This document shows positions 59,925-64,000 of a stretch of DNA of 64,000 bases, piece by piece. Made by a program: the position numbers and the translations under genes. The notes beneath the pieces are model-generated. The model ran no database searches. It was not told the origin of the DNA and worked only from the letters and a program-made list of their open reading frames with translations. The stretch comes from Escherichia phage slur14, in the sequence record NC_028448.1. One strand, 5' to 3'. Position 1 is the first letter of the stretch, and every line of letters begins with the position of its first letter.

Positions 59925-60977
59925 TTACTTAATTAACTGTAAAGCTTGTTCCAGACGATCAAGACGATTAACAGATTCTTCCCAAATCCTTTTAGCCTGC
60001 TCATATTCTTTCTGCGCTTTATTAGAAATTTCTAGAACTTCTTTATAAGCTTTTTCTAGTGCAATAACTTCTGGACGAATTTCTACCGGTTCAGGTGAAT
60101 CGTCAAGACATTCCATTAGTTCCTCAAGGGTAGTTTCTTCTTTAGGAGTATTCACAATTTCATCACATTTTTGTTGGTAAATTTCTTTATCAGTAGGTGA
60201 ATAAGCACATTTCACTTCACGAAGACTAATTACAATTTTATATCCTTCCCAACCGCATATATTCTTAAAAGGATAAGTATGAATATTTTCTACTGTTTCC
60301 ATACAAAGTAATGCGGTCTCTAATTGACGAGTTATAGTGCTAGCAATTGAGAAAAATTTATTAATATTCTTTTGGTTAGTTTCTGGTGTAAAAAATCCAT
60401 AATTCACAAAAATAGATACTTTATTTTTATCAAGTTCATATTCTTTTACGATAATCATATCAGAAGCCAAAGGATGAATTTGACGATAATCGCCATAACA
60501 TAATTTAGAAGCTGATTTTAGAATCTGTCCTTTGAAAAGTCTGAAATTACTAATCCAACGACGAGTAAAAATATTCTCAGGGTCTTCTTTATTATTAAGA
60601 TGATAAGAATTAACATCACCGAACCAATTATATCCTACTACATCTTTAGTTCGTTTAATTTCTTTCCCAAAATTACCAAGAATATCCCGATTAACCAAAT
60701 ATGAAAGAAGACGAGACTCTTTAAAGGTTTTCTTGATAACATCTTTATCTACACGACTAGAAATTTTACGAATTTCATGAATAAATTTAGTAGAAGAAAC
60801 AATACTTGCATCAACACTATTGAGCCATTGATTGATAATAGAAAGAACGATATTTTGACCAAACATCGGTATAGCTTTATCATCAATAACGCTATTGAAT
60901 GATTTGATATATTCGTTACGAGTCATATTAATCTCCTCAGTAGAAAGTAAGAACATTATACCACATCCTTGTGGCAA
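59925..60977 (-). CDS. Hypothetical protein (about 350 aa) with a C-terminal coiled coil; member of a tandem array
   Basis: Shares a QIL(K/S)(S/T)AS(K/R)L motif with 60984..62009; true start possibly an internal Met. Confidence 0.6.
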   Translation of the reverse strand: MPQGCGIMFLLSTEEINMTRNEYIKSFNSVIDDKAIPMFGQNIVLSIINQWLNSVDASIVSSTKFIHEIRKISSRVDKDVIKKTFKESRLLSYLVNRDILGNFGKEIKRTKDVVGYNWFGDVNSYHLNNKEDPENIFTRRWISNFRLFKGQILKSASKLCYGDYRQIHPLASDMIIVKEYELDKNKVSIFVNYGFFTPETNQKNINKFFSIASTITRQLETALLCMETVENIHTYPFKNICGWEGYKIVISLREVKCAYSPTDKEIYQQKCDEIVNTPKEETTLEELMECLDDSPEPVEIRPEVIALEKAYKEVLEISNKAQKEYEQAKRIWEESVNRLDRLEQALQLIK

Positions 60978-60983
60978 AGTAAA
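60955..60983 (-). promoter_or_regulatory. Early promoter (TTTACT-N17-TATAAT)
   Basis: GTTTACTTTGCCACAAGGATGTGGTATAAT on the minus strand. Confidence 0.65.
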
Positions 60984-62009
60984 CTAGTTCAGTGCATTTA
61001 GTGCATTGTTCAGTTTAGAACGTTGCTTTGTCAGATTTTGAACCCTTGACTGAGCTTGTTTTAACACCTTTTCAGCTTCTAGCACTTCATTAGTTGCTTT
61101 AACGAGTTCATCATCTACTGCCTTAAGAGACTTCTCAATCGCATCCGCGTGCCATTTTTCAACAGGTTTAAGACTCGGATTTTCAACAGGAAGAAAATTC
61201 ACTTTATTGAATTTCCATGCATCTTTATTACCTGAACTATACATCCAAAATTTAGGATCGTTTGATAAGTAATTGGATAAATTTAAATTTAAGTTATCTT
61301 GTACTTCCTGCTTTTTCTCTTGCGGGACTTCGTCCTTTCTCAAAAATTCATATTTAAATGAAACGATCATATCAAGTTCATATGATGTTGTATCTAACTT
61401 AAATCGTTCAAAACGAGGTAAAATCTTAGATTGAACAGCAGCAACAACATCCATATACTTAAATGCTTCTGTCAACTGTGATTTAAGGCATTCACAAATT
61501 GAAAGAGAATTTTTTGTATTAGGTTTAAAGCTAATTCGTGCAGTTCTATTATTTTCTTTTAACGGTCTTACTTCCATCTGAAGAGTATAACCATCAAATT
61601 TCAGGTTCTTTAAGTTAATATCAGAACCTTTTAATCGACTAGCAGTAGACAAAATTTGCTTTAATTGTTTACGGAATAGAGCAATAAATCTCCATTCAAG
61701 ACGATAATGATTTGGATTGAAAAATCCAGATGATAAATCAACCTTACTTTGACCAACGCCTTGAACAAATAGAGGATTTTTATAATCAATAGTTTTACAG
61801 AAATCGGTGAGCTGCTCACGAGCAGTCATTTGTGTAATATACCCAGCTTTACTAAAATGACGTAACCATTCACTGCTATTCATATACTTAAAGTGAATAT
61901 CACGATTAACTTTATCAGGGTCTAAATTATTTTGGCACAAAAATGTCATAACATCACGAGTATAGCTGGCATTACGAACCATATCTTCAATTTGAGAACG
62001 AGTTTTCAT
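60984..62009 (-). CDS. Hypothetical protein (341 aa) with a C-terminal coiled coil; member of a tandem array
   Basis: See previous array members. Confidence 0.6.
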   Translation of the reverse strand: MKTRSQIEDMVRNASYTRDVMTFLCQNNLDPDKVNRDIHFKYMNSSEWLRHFSKAGYITQMTAREQLTDFCKTIDYKNPLFVQGVGQSKVDLSSGFFNPNHYRLEWRFIALFRKQLKQILSTASRLKGSDINLKNLKFDGYTLQMEVRPLKENNRTARISFKPNTKNSLSICECLKSQLTEAFKYMDVVAAVQSKILPRFERFKLDTTSYELDMIVSFKYEFLRKDEVPQEKKQEVQDNLNLNLSNYLSNDPKFWMYSSGNKDAWKFNKVNFLPVENPSLKPVEKWHADAIEKSLKAVDDELVKATNEVLEAEKVLKQAQSRVQNLTKQRSKLNNALNALN

Positions 62010-62017
62010 GGTGTTCC

Positions 62018-62920
62018 TTAAGATTTAAGTAAATCAACAATTTTAATTAATTTTTCACGCTCAGATTTAGCTTTACTACTCAATCCAGATAGTCTGAAAA
62101 TTTCATCGTCATACTGTTGAATAGAAATATTCAGCTCTTCAATTTGCTTATTAAAATAATCAATTTGCTCAGAATGTTTTTCATTACTGCGAACTGGTAC
62201 AGGTTTTGTAGGCAATTTAGTTAAACTGGATTCATCCGGGCGATAAATTAAAATACAACTTGAACCAATCGGGCATTTAGCACCAGACACATATTCTAAT
62301 GTTCCGGCTTCTTTTAAAACTTCAAAAGCTAAACAGAGATGATGCCCCATATTAACATAATCTGTAGAGCGAGCTCTGACGTAATAATCATCGCCGCGAA
62401 TACTAAATTTAAAGCATTTAAGGTCTTCTGTATTATTGGTCTTAAAAATCATTTGTTTATCTAGACCTTTAGCTAATCGAGCGCCTAATGCTAATAATCG
62501 TCGTTGATTTTCCCACAAATCTGCGATCATTTGGTCAAATGATAATTTCGGCATTAGTCGACCGTAAAGATCATAGCCTTTATTATAATTGCGAAGAATT
62601 TCACTTGCATTAATACGAGACAATGCTCCAATTTTATTAAGGGCTTTCATAATGCGATTAGATAAACCCATTCCAGACCCGTTTGTTCGCTGCAAATGTT
62701 TTTCTAATCCAAATCCAATATCAACTTTAAATTTATCTAAAATTTCAGCATGAACATCTCTGTCAATAACATTCAAATCCAAAGTTGGGTTAAATCTATG
62801 AAAAAATTTATCTGGCTCTCCACGACGAAGTACAGTCCATTCATTTAATTTTTTATTAACTAAAGATTTAATTACTGCATTGACATTATTAATTACTACT
62901 GACATATTTTCCTCACTCAA
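62018..62920 (-). CDS. Hypothetical protein (300 aa) with a C-terminal coiled coil; member of a tandem array
   Basis: RRLLALGARLAKGL motif related to those in neighbours; coiled-coil tail. Confidence 0.6.
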   Translation of the reverse strand: MSEENMSVVINNVNAVIKSLVNKKLNEWTVLRRGEPDKFFHRFNPTLDLNVIDRDVHAEILDKFKVDIGFGLEKHLQRTNGSGMGLSNRIMKALNKIGALSRINASEILRNYNKGYDLYGRLMPKLSFDQMIADLWENQRRLLALGARLAKGLDKQMIFKTNNTEDLKCFKFSIRGDDYYVRARSTDYVNMGHHLCLAFEVLKEAGTLEYVSGAKCPIGSSCILIYRPDESSLTKLPTKPVPVRSNEKHSEQIDYFNKQIEELNISIQQYDDEIFRLSGLSSKAKSEREKLIKIVDLLKS

Positions 62921-63327
62921 TTTTCAATTTTAATTTTACTAAATACGCAGAATATGATGGAAAAGACTATATAAGCACCACACACAGATTGAACTAATAC
63001 CATTCCAAAGAACCAAACAATATTATCAAACAATGTCTGTTTTACGTCGAAAGGACGTAAACTTACAGTAATATTATCACCTTTTTCTATTGAAGAATAC
63101 ATCTCTGGGGAAATATATTCGCTAAATCTATAACCGTCTTTGAGTTCATATACGGCAATAAACGATAAACTAGACCCTTTTCCTTGTGTTCCTGTAATGG
63201 TATTAACTACAGTAACATCATAATCTTTATAATGCATATAATCATTAATTGCGTAATAACCATATGCAACTACTACACATAAACAACATATCAATAAATT
63301 CAATCTTTTAATTATCAACTGTTTCAT
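62917..63327 (-). CDS. Membrane protein (136 aa; N- and C-terminal TM segments)
   Basis: Hydrophobic termini; ATGA overlap with the downstream gene. Confidence 0.55.
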   Translation of the reverse strand: MKQLIIKRLNLLICCLCVVVAYGYYAINDYMHYKDYDVTVVNTITGTQGKGSSLSFIAVYELKDGYRFSEYISPEMYSSIEKGDNITVSLRPFDVKQTLFDNIVWFFGMVLVQSVCGAYIVFSIIFCVFSKIKIEN

Positions 63328-63356
63328 AATAATCTCAATTAAAAGGGCTTAGAACC

Positions 63357-63380
63357 ATTATACCATCCTTGGTATAAAGC
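63357..63380 (-). promoter_or_regulatory. Promoter-like element (extended -10 TGGTATAAT, weak -35)
   Basis: CCAAGGATGGTATAATGG on the minus strand. Confidence 0.4.
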
Positions 63381-63382
63381 GG

Positions 63383-63910
63383 TTATGCGAGTACCGTCTT
63401 TAACCGTTCTTCAAACTTCCGAAGAGTATTTTGGCGTTCAGCTCTTTGCTTTTTGTAAGTTTCAATACGCTCTGAAATGAGAGTGTATCGTTCATTTACT
63501 GATTCTTTCATAAAATCAGGAATTTCACGAGAAGCTTTAATCTCGTCAAATTTATCAATAACAGCTTGCTCTTCAGCAATTAAGTTATCATACATTAAAA
63601 TATCTTTCTTGATGAACTCAATATCTTCTTGAGTTACACGAGATAATTTAGATGCTTTATCCTTTTTGTACTGTTCGTTAGTATCACGAGACCAGTGCAA
63701 TGTACGATTTTTATTCGTATTTTTGTAAATTTCTACAATACCGATCTCATCAATAATAACGATCCAATTCCAACGGGATTTGTAAATTTGTCCTCCATCA
63801 ACAGTGATTTCACCTCCGATTGAGATGTCATTAAAGAACTTGCTTTGTGCTTCAGATTTAAATTTACCATCGTTGTAATTTACCAAGTTGAAAATATCTT
63901 TAGCGTTCAT
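63383..63910 (-). CDS. Hypothetical protein (about 176 aa) with a C-terminal coiled coil
   Basis: Starts at the internal MNAKDIFNLV... after a GGAGG RBS. The track ORF is extended through the promoter. Confidence 0.55.
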   Translation of the reverse strand: MNAKDIFNLVNYNDGKFKSEAQSKFFNDISIGGEITVDGGQIYKSRWNWIVIIDEIGIVEIYKNTNKNRTLHWSRDTNEQYKKDKASKLSRVTQEDIEFIKKDILMYDNLIAEEQAVIDKFDEIKASREIPDFMKESVNERYTLISERIETYKKQRAERQNTLRKFEERLKTVLA

Positions 63911-63938
63911 TTTGTGTTCCTCCGTAGTTGATAGTTGT

Positions 63939-63967
63939 ATAGTACCACAGAGGAACGGTCTTGTAAA
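63939..63967 (-). promoter_or_regulatory. Early promoter (conserved repeat copy)
   Basis: GTTTACAAGACCGTTCCTCTGTGGTACTATACAACTATCAACTACGGAGG on the minus strand. Confidence 0.7.
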
Positions 63968-64000
63968 CAACTAAAAGAAACTTCTTTCACAATTTTTTCC

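Overview
This window is a contiguous stretch of a T4-like (T-even type) myovirus genome, collinear with the T4 map from the distal long tail fibre gene 37 to the nrdC region. The first ~3.9 kb is on the + strand and carries late genes: gene 37 (5' end outside the window), gene 38 and holin t. The rest is one long minus-strand block of early and middle genes: asiA, motA, 52, ac, stp, ndd, denB, rIIB, rIIA, 39, motB, dexA, dda, srd-like, modA/modB, soc, 56, dam, 61, a 61.x accessory island with sp and dmd, 41, 40, uvsX, a glycosyltransferase, 42, imm, 43, regA, 62, 44, 45, rpbA, 46, 47, alpha-gt, 55, nrdH, nrdG, nrdD, 49, pin-like and nrdC, interspersed with many small ORFs of unknown function. 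It is not T4 itself: gene 39 is a single fused 606-aa ORF, nrdD is uninterrupted, and a DxD-motif glycosyltransferase sits where T4 has beta-gt, all of which point to a T2/T6-like relative. Regulatory structure is dense and T4-typical: highly conserved early promoters, MotA-box middle promoters, TATAAATA late promoters, and UUCG-tetraloop hairpins. I found no tRNA genes, CRISPR arrays, IS elements, integrases or introns. The candidates I consider most worth follow-up are a PD-(D/E)xK-like ORF translationally coupled to dam with an antisense small membrane ORF, a partial tandem duplication inside the 61.x island, and a tandem array of four coiled-coil-tailed paralogues upstream of nrdC. All identifications rest on reading the translations and on recalled T4 gene order and protein lengths; no database search was run. 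Coordinates of features I derived by hand (small ORFs, promoters, hairpins) may be off by 1-2 nt.
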